DNA of 64,000 nt. Origin: Camelus ferus. Lineage: Eukaryota. The position numbers were made by a program, and so were the translations under genes. The stretch covers positions 12,960,001-13,024,000 of the forward strand of contig NC_045698.1 in NCBI RefSeq assembly GCF_009834535.1, in the 5' to 3' direction. Shown here piece by piece: positions 38,801 through 52,673 of this stretch (position 1 is the first letter of the stretch; each line of letters starts with the position of its first letter). A model generated the notes under the pieces. That model ran no database searches. It worked only from the letters and a program-made list of their open reading frames with translations, and was not told the DNA's origin.

Positions 38801-40402
38801 CCATTTATAGATGATATGAAGTCTAAGTGAGGATAAAAGACCATAGTCATGAAACATTGCCTATCAGAGTAGATTTAACAGGATAAACTACCATAAGAAT
38901 AATTTTATAAGTGTCTTTCAGTGTTGAGGAAGAAATGGAACAAATGTAGGATAGATGGCGTGTGAATTACCTGAACAAACGACGTACATCAGTACTAGGG
39001 AAATGCTGAGTCACACGTAGTTACGTTAAGCGAGATAAGGAGGTTTAAGTGGGGAAAATGGGTTAAGTTCTTAAAAATACAAAGCCTGAAACTTTATTCT
39101 TGGGTTAAACCCTGGATTTGGAGAAACGTTAACTTGCCAATGACTGCATCAAAGTCAAGCATGGGTTATTAGACACAGATGCAAAACAAGAAAATAGAAG
39201 CAGCTGGTCTTGGGCTTATGTGGCCCAGTCGAGGCTTTGGCAGTGTGACATCTTCCTCTTGCTGGAATTGTATGAAAGGACCCCTGGAAGGCAAATCATC
39301 CTAATACATAACTTCTTGAGAGATGATTTCTACAAATGGATTTTCTACCCTTGATTAACAAAATAGTCTATACATGGAGGCAGCGTTGGGGAAGTTCATG
39401 AAAAGGCTCACGTCCAAATCAAGCTCATGTCTGTGTATTTCATTGCATCTCTAAATGAACTGTTTTCCTAAAAGATGTCAGTATTGATCATAGACCTGAT
39501 CTCAGACTTTGTAATACTTTACAGTATGTGCTCTTCTGTGCAACTTAAACTCTAAATGCATGGATTTTATATATAAAATGGAGGTATTAAAACCTAGCAT
39601 TATTACAGAGATTAACTGAGATAATGGTTTATTGTGAATATCAAATCAGATAACAGAGACAAAAACAGCTGACCTGGGACAAAGAAGGTTCAAAATGGTC
39701 TCTATGCTAGTGAGTTTCTCTTCTCATCTGCTAGGGAAAAGACTCCTCTGTGAGTGTAAGTTATGAGACAAGTCTTTTATATGCAGAGTGTTTTGTATGA
39801 AAGATAAGTTTTTTAAAGTAGAACTGAATGGAGCTAAATAATTGCAACTTCAATAAAAGGGTATTTGGGGCAAAATGATTTTAATGGCAAGAAGATGCTT
39901 CAGAAATGAGCAGAAAGTGAGGGTGTATTTAGATGGTGTGGAAGAGACAGGCTTGAAGGAAAAGGTAATGAGAGAGTTGAGATTAAGATATTTTCCCTTC
40001 AAGGAAGGCAATATTGCTTGATGTAGAGCAACTGATTTGCAGAATTCATTAGTCTAGTCTTTCTTTGATATATTCTTACTGTTGATTCTAATCACTAAGT
40101 CAACGTAAGAAAAAAATGAACTTTGGGGGATTTTTATTAAGGTAAAATTTATCTTTTGAAAATCTTTGGAGAATTCTCTAAAATTTTTAGTTGTCCTATC
40201 TAAAAACTCTATATGCTTATCCATGTATTCAATTACTATTTTGTTCTCCTTAGTACAATTACATACTTTGTGTCCAAATCCTTGGTAATATGATTTACTG
40301 TACCCTGCTGTTTATACTAAATCCTACTGATTTGTGTGCAACACATTTGAATTTTCTCATTATTGATTCTGATAGTTTTTAGATTGATTCCTCTTCTCAT
40401 TT

Positions 40403-40502
40403 TCTGTCTCTGTCTCTGTATCTCTCTCTCTCTGTATTTGTCACACACGCGCACACACACACACACACGCACACACAAACCACACACATATCTTTCTCTG
40501 TC
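40403..40502. repeat. (CT)n/(CA)n compound microsatellite
   Basis: Directly visible. Confidence 0.85.
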
Positions 40503-40544
40503 AGACATTATTCCAGATACTGGGAATTTAGAAGTAAGTACGGA

Positions 40545-41376
40545 AACAAGGATGAGATACCATCTCTATAATAGAATAGCTAAAATCAAAAATAGGGCAA
40601 CATCAAAACTGGGAAGGATGTGAAGCAGCAGGTACACTCATTCATTGTGGGTAGGAATGCGTAACACCTCTGGAAGACGTTTGGTAGTTTATCATAGAAA
40701 TAAATATGCCCCCATCATATTATACAGCAATTGTACTTCTTGGTATCTACCCAAGGAAGTTGAAAATTTATGTTCACACAGAAACTGCACACAAATGTGT
40801 ACAGCAACTTTACTGATAATTACCAAAACTTGGAAGCAACTAAGATGTCCTTCAATAGATGAAGGGATAAACAGACTGTGGTACATCCATACGGTGAAAT
40901 CTTTTCCAGTGATAAAAATAAATGAGCTAAGTTATGCAAAGACACAAGGAAACTTAAGTGCATATTGGTAAGTGAAAGAAGCTTATCTGAAAAAAGTTAC
41001 ATACTGTGTGATTTTACATTCTGGAAAAGGCAAAACTATGAAGAGTTAAAAAGGGTAGAGGACTGGGAGGAGGAAGAGGGATGGAGAGATGGAACATAGC
41101 ATAATGTCATGTTTCTTTATTATATTGCTATGGTGGAAACATGCCTTTCTGCATATGTCAAAACCCAGAGACTGTGCAACACAAAGAGTGAGTCCTAATG
41201 TAAACTTTGTACTGTGGTTAATAATAATGATTTAATATTGGTTCGTCATGGTAACAAACGTACCGTGTGAATGCAAGATGTGTGCGGGAGGAATTAGGGG
41301 AACTTTCTGTACTATGCTCAGTTTTTCTGTAAACCTAAAACTGCTCTAAAAAAATAAAATCTATTAATTAAAAAAA
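40545..41376 (+). mobile_element. L1MC-like 3' end
   Basis: ORF 40645..40971 contains a degenerate ORF2 C-terminus (TKTWKQLRCPSIDEGINRLWYIHT); ends 'ttttctgtaaacctaaaactgctctaaaaaaataaaatctattaa'. Confidence 0.88.
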
Positions 41377-41689
41377 TGAATATGATAGATCAGCACTCCC
41401 CCTCGTGGGGTATGGTGCATTATGGTGAAGGGAGGTAGACAATAAATAAAAAGGGTGAAGATCTGAGGAAAGTATGTACTCTATCTTGATAGATGATGGT
41501 TTGGCATCAGGCTGGAGACTTGTTGATGTCATTTTTAAAGTTCACTCTGTTCCAATGAAGCTGAATTAAAACGAGCTGTTTCTCAGAAGAGAAGTTTACC
41601 TCAACCAGTTTTTCTCAAGGTTACATTTTCAACACGAGACTGAGCAAATCTAGCTTAAAACAGGACAGTTTCTAACCAATTGTGCTGTT

Positions 41690-42412
41690 TCTTCACCCAC
41701 TTATTTCCAGTTCTTGAAAGATTAAAAGTGACCTTTTGAAAATATTAATCAGATTACATCACTTCCTTGCTTTAAAAATCTTTGCATCATTGCTCATCTA
41801 GAATACAATACAGTGTTCCAACAAGAACTCCAAGGCCCATTGCTAACTGGAACCTCCTTCCTTTCCAGCTTGGTGTGACTCTATCCTCCCTTCTGTTTCC
41901 TTAAAATGCCATCCTTACAAAGTTCCCATCTGGACCCATTTTCCTCTTAAATACTTCAAGCTCTTTATTACCTCAGGGCCTTTGCATTCGCTATCCTCTC
42001 TCAGGATTTATCTCCTAAGTGTTCTTTTAAATGTCTGAGATAATCAGCACTAGGAAAAGATTTTAACAAAACAAGCAGTGGTAAGATGCATGCTGTTTAT
42101 TCTTCCATCAAATATCCCCATTGCTTTCCTCCTCCCTTAGCTCAGATCTTTAACCAAAAGTCCCTTTCTTCCAGGCCTTCCTTGTCCTCTCTGTAACATG
42201 CTTGTCCTTTCTTGCTTTTGCCCCCTTTGTATTTATCATGGATGTACAATCACTCTCTTACAATGTCGTTATGTGTTTGTATTTCAAACCAGAGTATAAT
42301 CTTCATGAAGGCAGGGATGTTTGCCCCTTTTGTTCATTGTTCTATCTTCAGCACTGAAGCAATGCCTGGCCCATAATGACACTAAATAAATACTTGATGA
42401 ATGAGTGAATAA
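41690..42412 (+). mobile_element. L2 3' region remnant
   Basis: 'cagattacatcacttccttgcttt', 'cctcagggcctttgcattcgct', 'cttcatgaaggcaggga', 'aaataaatacttgatgaatgagtgaat'. Confidence 0.8.
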
Positions 42413-45384
42413 GAGCATAGGTAATATTTATAAAATGCCAACATTGTTTTGTTAAAATTGTAAAGAGCTCTAATTGACGTTCATATCACCTTATTTTAAA
42501 TTCTCTCTAAGTATATCATATATCTACTACACAACTCACAAATTGGCATTTTCTTTTTCTAGATTTAGAAATATTTTTAAAATTTGGATATTATTTCCCA
42601 TTCACTGAAATCTGCTTGAGGAATCATGCTGAAATTTGTACTGTGCCAATCATTCTGTTCACCTCTGATGGTGAATGAAATTTTAACTTTTAATATAATA
42701 AACACAAACAGAGACTGTGTGTATACTTTCTATTCCAAAGCTAGACTTCCTGAACTAGGGTTTAGCCTTTAAAATTTAAATGAAGGATTTTATTTAGCTC
42801 TGCATGAGGCAGTCTATATAAATGATCCATTGATTATTGATGGATTATTAAATTAATATTTATGATGATTATTCAATGAAGTCATTTAAGACATTTAGTT
42901 AGCATAGGATTCCTTTTTAACATCAATTATTATTGAGAAGCTAGGGTAATTGTTATTATAACAAAATGTTTTTTGCTGCCATAGTCAGAGCAGAACATTG
43001 GGTTACTTTTGGTACTCTTTGGCTCAACTCCAATGAAACCTACTGCAGTGAATTTGGGGAAAAAGGTGGATAAACTAGAAGAATGGTGAGATGCTGATAG
43101 AATTCAAGGAAGCCCTGAAAGCCAGACATTGGCTGAGACAGATAATAAGGCAATATCATGAACTTTTGCAGCAGGAAGTGGATTCCAATCAACTTCCGTG
43201 TTTCTCTGATAGAGAATCAGCCTGGATTGAGACTCATGCCTGCGCCCCCAGGGGAGCTGTCATTGATCAGCTTGCCTGGATGCCCTGGAATGGGCAGCAA
43301 GTGCTGTGGAGGAAGCCAGAGGCCCACGTGCATAAAGGAAGGGGGAAGTGTGGCAAGACAGCCAGAGCAAAAGGACCCATTTTGCTGATGGGTAAAATAG
43401 GCTAAGGTCTGTACCTAATGCCAGGAAATCATTGAAAACAGGACTAAAACATCAACTCATGGAGTTGGTATTCTAATGCTTAAAAGGCAGGTTTTTAAAA
43501 AATTTGTTTTCGTTTCATTTTCTTTGAGTTGTATTTAAATAATTGATAATTTTCAGAACTCAGAAATATTTGTGGACCTAATAAAGCCTGAGATCACTAC
43601 TTACAGCCAATCAGACAAAAATCTGAGGATATAACCTGACAATACTCCTGATCTTTTTTGACAGGGAATTTTGCCAAGCTTTGCAAGACAAAAATGATCT
43701 CTATTTGTTTGGGGGAATATCTAAGATGAAAATATCATTGTAATTCCAATGAAAATAAGCTTTCCTGGTGCTCATCTCTCTAACATTGAAAACTTGAGCA
43801 ATTTTAGTGACCTTCCCGTTGTTAAATCTCACATTCTGAGTAAACGTATGTAGTATTACCCTGCTTATGTCTGTCATGGACACAGTATCACTCTCATCTT
43901 TCTGTATTTTTTTAGTGCATGTATGGTCATAGGGAGAGTTTTTCTCATAGAAATAAAAGAATCAAGTGAGTCTGTTCCTATATTTATGGTGTTTCCTCCC
44001 ACTGTCTACAGTTTAATTATGTGAACGTCCATGAGATGGTTTCCTTGGTAACCAAAAGGAGCTCAGATCTGAGTGGCTATACCATAGGCTCACACTTTCA
44101 GGCATCGATTGCTTTTAAAAATTAACTGTTCAGTGGAATATTCAGTAGAACACATGAAAAAACTGAATACCCATTTTGCTATAGAATTAACATCTTGCTA
44201 GTGTTTTTCCTTTTGAGCATTTTAGCATCTTGCTCCATGCTAATTAGTTACAATTTGGCGGAAATTGTTATTTATTATAGATGCCATTTGAGAAAGCTAT
44301 GGTAGTGAGGCAGTTCCCGTTTCCAAATCCATTTACAATTAATTGCAATATTCCATAACTATCATCTGAATAACATCTAACGCTCAGATGTTTAATGATA
44401 CCAAATCACAGAATAAACAAAACGAAACTCAGTGTGCCATCACACGCCACGCCGCCACAGGCAAAGGCTAAATAAATGTCAGAGGTAATGACAAATTGAC
44501 TGATTTTAGTAGAATCAAATATGTTGTAAACAGCAGCTGGTTATCATTGTTCATTATGAAATAGTAGCAAAATGTCTTCATTCTGATTTCTAGCTTATCT
44601 CTGTGGCCTTATTCCCTGTTAAAACTGTAAACAGTATCTCCTGCTGAATTCACTTCTGTTGAACTGTCATTTCTCTTTTATCCGGCTGTACTCCTGACTC
44701 TCCCAGGCCCCTTTTGTCCCACTATGTTTGTTATCTGAAATATTTGATTTTAATGACATTTTCTGTGCAATGCATGTAGCACTCTGGGAAACAATTTGTC
44801 ACATTTTTAAATGAGGAAATATAGCTTACTACAGGAGCTGACCAAAGGATGAAGAGAGGCTAGTGGGTGGAAACTGATAATAGCCTATTTATGTGAAACT
44901 TCTCTGGCATCTTAGTGATCATTTTAATAAATATGTTATTTTTTTTCTATTCAGCCTCAACATTTCTGTGAGATTTAGGTAGTGAGTGATAACACTCTGT
45001 CAAGTTCATAGCCTCCTGTTTTTTCTGGATAGTTTCTCTAAAATCTAATCAAATTGACTCTATATCCCTCGCCAGGAAAGCTGGAATGACAGCTCATGTG
45101 GTGTTTCTACTGCATCATCAGTTTCTCCTCCCACCTCTATCCTTCCCAGGCAATGCCGTGTTCCTGGCACGCTTTGAGTAGCTCTGTCAAAATGACTGAG
45201 TCACTTTGTCCTAGTCTCTTCCTCTATCACTGAATTAAATGCTTAAAGCTCTGCTTTCCTCCTGTAGCACTCACTACTCACATTATCTGCCACTGCCTTT
45301 GGAGATTAACCATCGGAAAGTAAAAGATGGAGCAAACTCTCGTTCAACTAAACATCTTTTCTGACTCCAGGTCTTTCACTGCTG

Positions 45385-45472
45385 ATTTTTTTTTTCTTCT
45401 TTTCTTTTCTTTCCTTCTTTCCTTCCTTTTCTTTCCTTCTTTCCTTCCTTCTTTCTTTCCTTCCTTTCTTTT

Positions 45473-45548
<76 letters not shown>

Positions 45549-45638
45549 TTCCTTGCTTTGTTTCTTTCTTTCTTGCTTGCTTTCTTTCTTGCTTTCTTTC
45601 TTGCTTTCTTTCTTTTCCTTCCTTCCTTCCTTCCTCTC
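45385..45638. repeat. Compound (CCTT)/(TTTC)/(CTTG) microsatellite, ~250-bp pyrimidine-rich tract
   Basis: Directly visible; it explains ORFs 45327..45653 and 45348..45674. Confidence 0.97.
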
Positions 45639-46384
45639 TATCTGGTACATTGAAATTATGCTTAATACTGGCAAAGATACACTCTCACCTTGTACATCCC
45701 CTCAAATTTGAAATTCTGTGGAAAAGATGTAGTATTTCACTTATTTACCAAATAATAGCTTTTGAGTTAGTGCATGTAAAAGCAGATTCCTTTTCCTTGA
45801 TTATGTAAGATCCAAATGCTGAGGCAGATCTCATCTGCTAGGATCTGGCAGAAACTTAGTGGCCAGGTAGTTTCCTTCCTTTTTTTTTTTTTTTTTTTTT
45901 TTTTGCTGACATATCAAAAAAATTAAAATACTGGCATATTCTGAGATATATTTCAAGAAGTCTGCAAATTCTATGCATTGAGTTAAAAGGCAGTCACCTA
46001 GATGATCCAGACTACTATGACATAATTTCACCTAGAATGGCCTTATCTCTGAATTCTGTCAGTGCTCATGTTGGCAATGGGTTTCAAATGACTGTATATA
46101 GCAGAATTAAGGAGAAGGATAGTATTCTTGAAAGCATTTGGCTCAAAGAGACAGAGATTTTTTGTTGTTGTTGCCCTAGGGGAGAAAAAAGAGGAAGAAA
46201 TAGTTTAAAAGAGGTAACTGAGAACAAGGAGAACAGTTTCCACATTTTCTATCCTTGTGGCATTAAAGACCATGGAAGAAAACAAATCAAACAGAAAATT
46301 CAGATTCATACAGTAAAAGACAGTTTTCAGTTAGCATACAAAAATGGTGCAAATAAGATGGGATCAAAGATATAAGGACCTTTA

Positions 46385-46590
46385 CTAGTAATAGTTACCA
46401 TTTGCATTTGTTTTCTGATTTGATTATCATAATCATCCAACAAGGTAGAAGCCAGGATTGTCTCTATTTTACAAGTGAGGAACGCAAAGCACTAAAACGT
46501 TGAATAACTTTCCCAAGGTCACCTATCTAGTAAACATTGTTGCCAGTACTTAAAATCACTCTGTATGACTTCAGATTCTGAGCTGCAAGG
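46385..46590 (-). mobile_element. MIR remnant
   Basis: 'tctctattttacaagtgaggaacgcaaagcac...gttgaataactttcccaaggtcacc'. Confidence 0.75.
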
Positions 46591-46889
46591 CCATCTGTCC
46601 CCCAAAATTGAAAGACTGACTTTGATCTGGGAGTATATGCTACCAAAAGAGGGTAGCATTGGGAATGATGACGGATGAATGGAGAGGATAACTTTAGGGC
46701 AGCAATCAAAGTACTCAACATGTGAGATCTGATAGTTTGATCCTCAATTAGAGGAGATGAATGCAATTAGTTCTACAACAGTGGTTGAAAATGCATTTCA
46801 TTGTGGCAAGGATGCTTCTGGAATAGTCACTTTGTAAGTTGCACATATGGGTGACAATCACAGAAACATGGGTAAAATTTGTGTAGAGC

Positions 46890-47285
46890 GTAGTAGACAT
46901 TCTAGTTCCACAAATATCTGGTTCTCCCTTCCTCATTGGCCATAGAAAAGAAAGAAAGAAAAAGGAAATATACTTCCAGGATACTTGAAGTTAGGTATAG
47001 AGATGATTAATTCTGGCCAAAGAAAAGTGAGAAGAAGTAGGAATGCATGATTCTTCTAAGCTAAGGCAGTTGAAAGTCCTCAAGCAATTCTCCAGGTTTT
47101 TTCTTCCAATGTCATGGTGAAAATGGAGGTCTCAATGGTCAACTGACCTAGCGGCAAGAGAGAATTAGTTGAATTGCACGGTGGTTACTAGCGTGAAACG
47201 CCGCAGGAAGGACAGTTGCCCTGGAAAGTCACTTCCTCTGGCAGGAGAGTTATGGTGTTAAGTCACTGATACAGTCTAACTGATC
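46890..47285 (+). mobile_element. Old MaLR LTR (MLT1H/I/J-like)
   Basis: 'aaatatctggttctccc', 'atacttccaggatacttgaagttagg', 'ttctggccaa', 'gtgttaagtcactga'. Confidence 0.6.
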
Positions 47286-48999
47286 TTCAAAACCAGAGAG
47301 AGTGAGATGAGGGACCAGATGCAGAGAATAACATGGCAAAGGCATCATGCTTAGAATGAGAAAGTAGACCTTGTCTAAAATTCAGTAGAAAAGATTTTTC
47401 TAACTCAATGCTTCTAACTTTATTTCTTCTCGTATTACCTGCAAGTGTAATGTACATTGGAAATCTATTAACACGTGAGTTTTTTGAAGCTTTTTTTCCC
47501 CCATGGAACACTTCACATCTCTAGAACTTATAATTCGGGAAAAGCTTTTCTAAATCTCATTTTTAAATGTGTTCAGTTATTTTATTAACTATAACCACTG
47601 CTCTTAATTATCCACTCTTATGTCAGCTAGATAAATTTATCCACCCAGAGATGTGGTGAACACTGGTGAGGAAGATATGAGAATAGTTCATTTTTTAAAA
47701 AAAATTCTGTCTCAGGAGATTCAAACTACTTCAGGGAGAATTTCAACTCATCCATCCATTAATTCATGCATGTATACTGACTGACTGAGTTACTCGATCA
47801 CAGAAATAAAAGGATGCTTGAGTAAGTTGCTTCTCAAGGAATTTCAGGGAAAATTGCACTATAATGGTATGGCTTCTGATTTTATATAGTAGGAAGTCCT
47901 CCAATGATATAGTGAAAATTATTCCTACCAATAAGTGTGTTTTTGGTTGACAATCATAGTGATTAAATTTATAATTTTAACATCTGTTTATGAATCTCAC
48001 CAGTACTCAATTTACAGAACCCTACAGAAATAAAAACACACAAGCAAAAGTACCTACTCAGGCAGACATAATAGTTTCTTGCTTATAATAAGTTTATATT
48101 GTTTTTAGGAAAAGTTTAACACATGGAAGTTAAATTGTGTTAAATGAGTTGCCTCAAGACCTGTTAGTGAATTCCAAAGAAAGGCCAAGAAAAGGGAATG
48201 TGTCTTTCTTCTCTCATGTCAGTCTCACTGCGACTTGACTGTTTGGTAAGAGAGAAGGACTTGCTAACATTCTTAGCCAGAGATGCACAAATGGATTTGA
48301 AAGAAATTGCAAGTAGAAATAATCTATTTCTGTGCTCCAAGGAATATTGAATCTCTATTCTCCTGCATTTTTTTCCTGTATATGACTTCTCACATTTTCT
48401 GCTCCCCATACCACAAAGATATCTAAAAATTGGTATCTGTCTTTCTGTTTTTTACCTCCTCTGAGTAGTAAAACAAGTTTGAATCTCCCCAGTAAGGCCA
48501 GTCCTCTCTCATTATCTCCTCCTTTTTCTCTCTGTTTTTGGCAGTGTAGGATTTGGAGATTCCTGGAAACGTGGTCACGGTTCTGTCTTGGTCTTTAACC
48601 TCTAAAATGAACAGGCAACAAATCGTCACGGCTTTGAGACATTCACTGCTGACTGGAATCGCAGGGAAGCATTCAATGATGAATGGAAGATGAGCATTGT
48701 TTTGGAGGAGGATAGGCAAATAGGAGGTGGGAGCGTTTTTTAAGATACAGAGCCAGAAGTGAAACTAGGTAATTAAAGTAGACACAGAAGCAGAAAAATG
48801 CCTGACACAGTTTTTGGGGCCCTGTAGAGAACAGGGTGAAGAAATATTGAAAAATATAATTTGGAGGTGAAATGCGAGTGAGCTATAAGCATTGTAGTCA
48901 CTGGAGAACTTTGTGCTGGACAATGAATTTGTACTCCTTTTGGTAGTGTGCACTCCAACTCCTGTACGATTTCACTTCATGTGCATCAAAATTTTTTTC

Positions 49000-50218
49000 A
49001 GGAAAGTTTTTTTATACTCACTCTCTCTATTTTTTTATTTCTCATCCACTTTTCAGCCCACAAGTTCTAGCCTTTCTTCTTATTGTCCCATCAGATGGTC
49101 ACTTGACCTCAGTGGTCCCAATTCCTCCTATGATGTGATCTCATCCTTATCTCAACCTTTATTATTCTTAAAACACTCTGCCCTCTGGAGTTGTTAGATA
49201 GATCCTTGTTTTATCTGCTAATTTAATGATCCTCTCCTTTCTCAAAGTTCTGCAATGGCGCATCTTATGTTACTTGGCTTCTAAGGGTTGAAATTGCTGG
49301 CACTGGGTCTAGGATCACATACTCTTTTGTATCTACCTTCTTGCCCATTCTTCTATACACTAAACATTTTTAAATATGTGTCTCAGCTCAGACTTTGGCA
49401 CTTCTGACTTTAATGTCCGACTTCTTACATTGTGTCTCCATTTTGTTTTACCAATACCTAAACCTACTTATCTCACATTAATCATCATCTTACCCAGACG
49501 CTCAAGTTAACATGCAGGAATTACCCTTGATTCCTCATTTTTTAAAGGCCATACTGATTAACCATTTCTTAGTTTTACTTCCAAAAAACATCTTAATTCC
49601 ACTAAGTGCGTCTATCTCCATGGCCAGGACGTTATTGAAAGCCTGATTATCTTTCAGCCAGGACTTCTGAAATAGCCATCTATGCAGTCTCTTTAGATCC
49701 ACTCCAGTCCTCCTATAATTCTTCACAAAATGTCTCCAGTTGTGCTTTTAAACATCCATCAGATAGTGTCTTTTTTTTTCTGCTTAAAAGTCTCCATTAG
49801 TTTCCCATTAGAATAAATTCAAAGCCCATTTAAATGCCTACCAGGCTCTGTTCAGTCTCCCTCAACCTTCACCTCATAGCATCGCCATGTTTTGCTCTCA
49901 GCTTGGGTCATACCCCGGCTTTTCAAATAGTCCCAATCCTTTCCTGCCTCAGATCTCTTGCTGCTCTCTGGGTCTAGAGTCGCACAAGCCCAGTACTATA
50001 GCCTCTTATATACTTCCTTTATAGTGCCTATAATTTTCAGAACTTAATTCATGTGAAGCTTACTGCATATGAAACTAACATTTGTTGTTTATTTTCCACA
50101 TTAAAATGTAAGCTCAAGGAGTGCAGGGACCTCACTAGTCTTTATTTGTCACCTTATTCTTAGAGCCTAGAAAATTGCCTGGCAGATGGTCAAATCAATA
50201 GTTCTTGAATGAATGATT
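49000..50218 (+). mobile_element. L2 remnant (~1.2 kb)
   Basis: 'cacttgacctcag', 'catgcaggaattacccttgattcctc', 'aatgtaagctcaaggagtgcagggacc', 'caatagttcttgaatgaatga'. Confidence 0.8.
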
Positions 50219-52673
50219 AGTTCTTGAACAGGCAATAACTCATAAGGCGGATTGTCGAGCAAAGCATTTTCAAAAAGAACCATCAATTCATAGTTAAAAT
50301 TTCCAATTTTTCTTTTTTGAGAAGTTAAAGTTAAATAAATGCCAAACTTGTGACTGCTGTTTATATACATTTTTATTTTTGCTTTCAGTTTATTTGGCAT
50401 TTTATTTTTAAAGCACCATTTTTATTAATATGTTATTCTGTCACTCATCCATTTATTGGATCTTCAGTAATACTGTGGTCAACAGTATTCACAAATGGGT
50501 AGAGAGGATAAAAATTTGCATCAGATACGAGGTTGAGAGTCCAATAAATAGTCTGTATTAACTGTTGCTCTTTCCCTAAAAGCAATTAGATATTTATGAG
50601 ATTTGCTTGAAGCCTGATGAGTATTAATGCTTCTTTTCACTTTTTGTGACTTCTTAAACATGAATTTGAGTACAAGCCTTCTGTGTTAAACAGATAAATA
50701 AAACAAATTTTTGAAACTTCGGGAAAAGCATCACTTCAAAATGTAAAATTAAATCCATATATATGTATGTGTGTAAAATGTATACGTACACATACATTAC
50801 ACACATACATATATATGAAGAAATAGGATTCAGGGTTTCAAAGGCTGGTAAAATAGATGACTTTTCAGGTCCTTTCAAATCTTGAAATACAGCAGCTGTT
50901 GAATTTTACCTGTTGTCTTAGAGTGATCTGAAATCACTGTGATCAAGTGGACATTTTCACTTGTTTGATTCAATTGATTCTGTTTTACAAGCAGATTGAA
51001 ATTCAGCAAATCCACTCAACTGTATGGATGCCTGCTGCATGCCAGGCTGGATGCCAGGGAGTCAGGATTCCAAGATGAAGGAAGCATATGTCATGCCCTA
51101 GGGCTTTTTATAATCTTGTAAATGAGATTGCCATAGCAAACAAAATATGCACTGTATCTGTAATACGAAAAACATCTAAGGTTCAGACATAATAGCTGAA
51201 AAGAAATCTATGGAGAATTTCTTTGCCTGTGTGGTAAGGAAATGTTATCAGAGAAGCTTACTTAATGCAGCAAAACCAGGTAATACTCTAATTGTAACCA
51301 CTGGGGACTTTCACCCCTCAAGTCAGTTAAAAAACATGCTCCTTTTTACAGTCATATCTATCAGTCTAACTATTATTTTCCCAAGGATCTGGGGTTTTGA
51401 CTATCATTCCCTTCCTCCTCCACTTCTGTTCAATGTCACCAGTGGATGCAGTCTGTAAACAAGGCTCAGTGGTGTCTTGGAAGCCCCTTTCACACCAGCG
51501 ATGGATAGGTTAATCTTGCTGTGCCAAAATCCATACCCAGTGCTCTGCGAAGCTGAACAGAAGCAAAGCTTCAGTCTTTTGCTTTAATCCACCGGCATTA
51601 TTTTGGTCCATGTGACAATACTTCCGGTTGAGTTATCTCTTTACTCTACAGTTCCTTTTTGAGACAAGAGACCTCTTATTATGAGAAATCCATTTGCTTA
51701 TGTCCAGATAGATTTTCTAACTCTTTCCAGTAATCTCCTTAATGACAACCTTATTCCCAGAATTCTCAGCATCTGTTTTATTCCTAAAATTATGGGATAC
51801 CAGAATAAAACAGCATTTTCAACTTAACTTAAGCATCTCTACTTCTAGGAAGGTCTGTTTAACACTCTACAGTATCTTGTTTCCATTTGAATGTCACAGA
51901 ATTTACTGGATTCATTTAAATATCAAGTTCAAGGTAAAGTCCACACATTCTAGGACATTATTTTGATGTATTGGTCATCATGACGTAAACAGTTGAACAG
52001 TCCTAACCCTGACTCTTTTCTTGACTTTTTTTTCTTTTCCTCTGATCTGCCTCTAAGTTTCCAACATACCCAAACAGCTGTGTATGTGTCTGTAACAAGA
52101 CGCATCCCAAAGGAACTGTTTTAGGCATTGTTGGGTAAGAAAAACAGAGTACTATTTAATTACTAATTTAAAATTCACTCTATTAGGTCAAACTACGTTA
52201 AATAATTCGTATGTTCAATATATTTTCAGTTTATGAACACAATAATAAGGTTTGAATATAAAAAACAAGTTGTAGTCTTTGTTGTGTTTAAAAGTGATAA
52301 CTTGACCTTTTGGAAATTTGTAAAACTTCCTGTGTTCATAGACATCAAATAGGTTGTAAGCAAGGTTTTTTGGGATATGTGTTTATCCTGTGTTTTGGTT
52401 ACCACATCCTAATACCTAATGTGTTCTGAGCACTAATGATGTTTTGAAATTTCCATCAAGATGCCATCTTGTTTGAGCACCTACCTAAGCAAGGAATGGA
52501 AACGTGGTGTGAAATAATGGAAAGGACATCAGGTGTGCTGTCGTGAAGGTCTTTGATCTTTTCTGACTACTCAGGGATTCTTAATTATTTGAAGGTTACA
52601 TATCTTTTAGAGAAGTTAATAAAAATATAGATTCTCTACCCCATATAAATATCTATAGTCTGTGGTAATTTTT

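Noticed and set aside
43091..43405. 104-aa ATG-initiated ORF that looks protein-like
   Set aside because: No recognisable domain, promoter context or exon partners; the length is compatible with chance in 64 kb. BLASTP/PhyloCSF would settle it.
45327..45674. Overlapping 108-aa Phe/Leu/Ser-rich and Lys/Glu/Arg-rich ORFs
   Set aside because: Translations of the (TTTC)n microsatellite.
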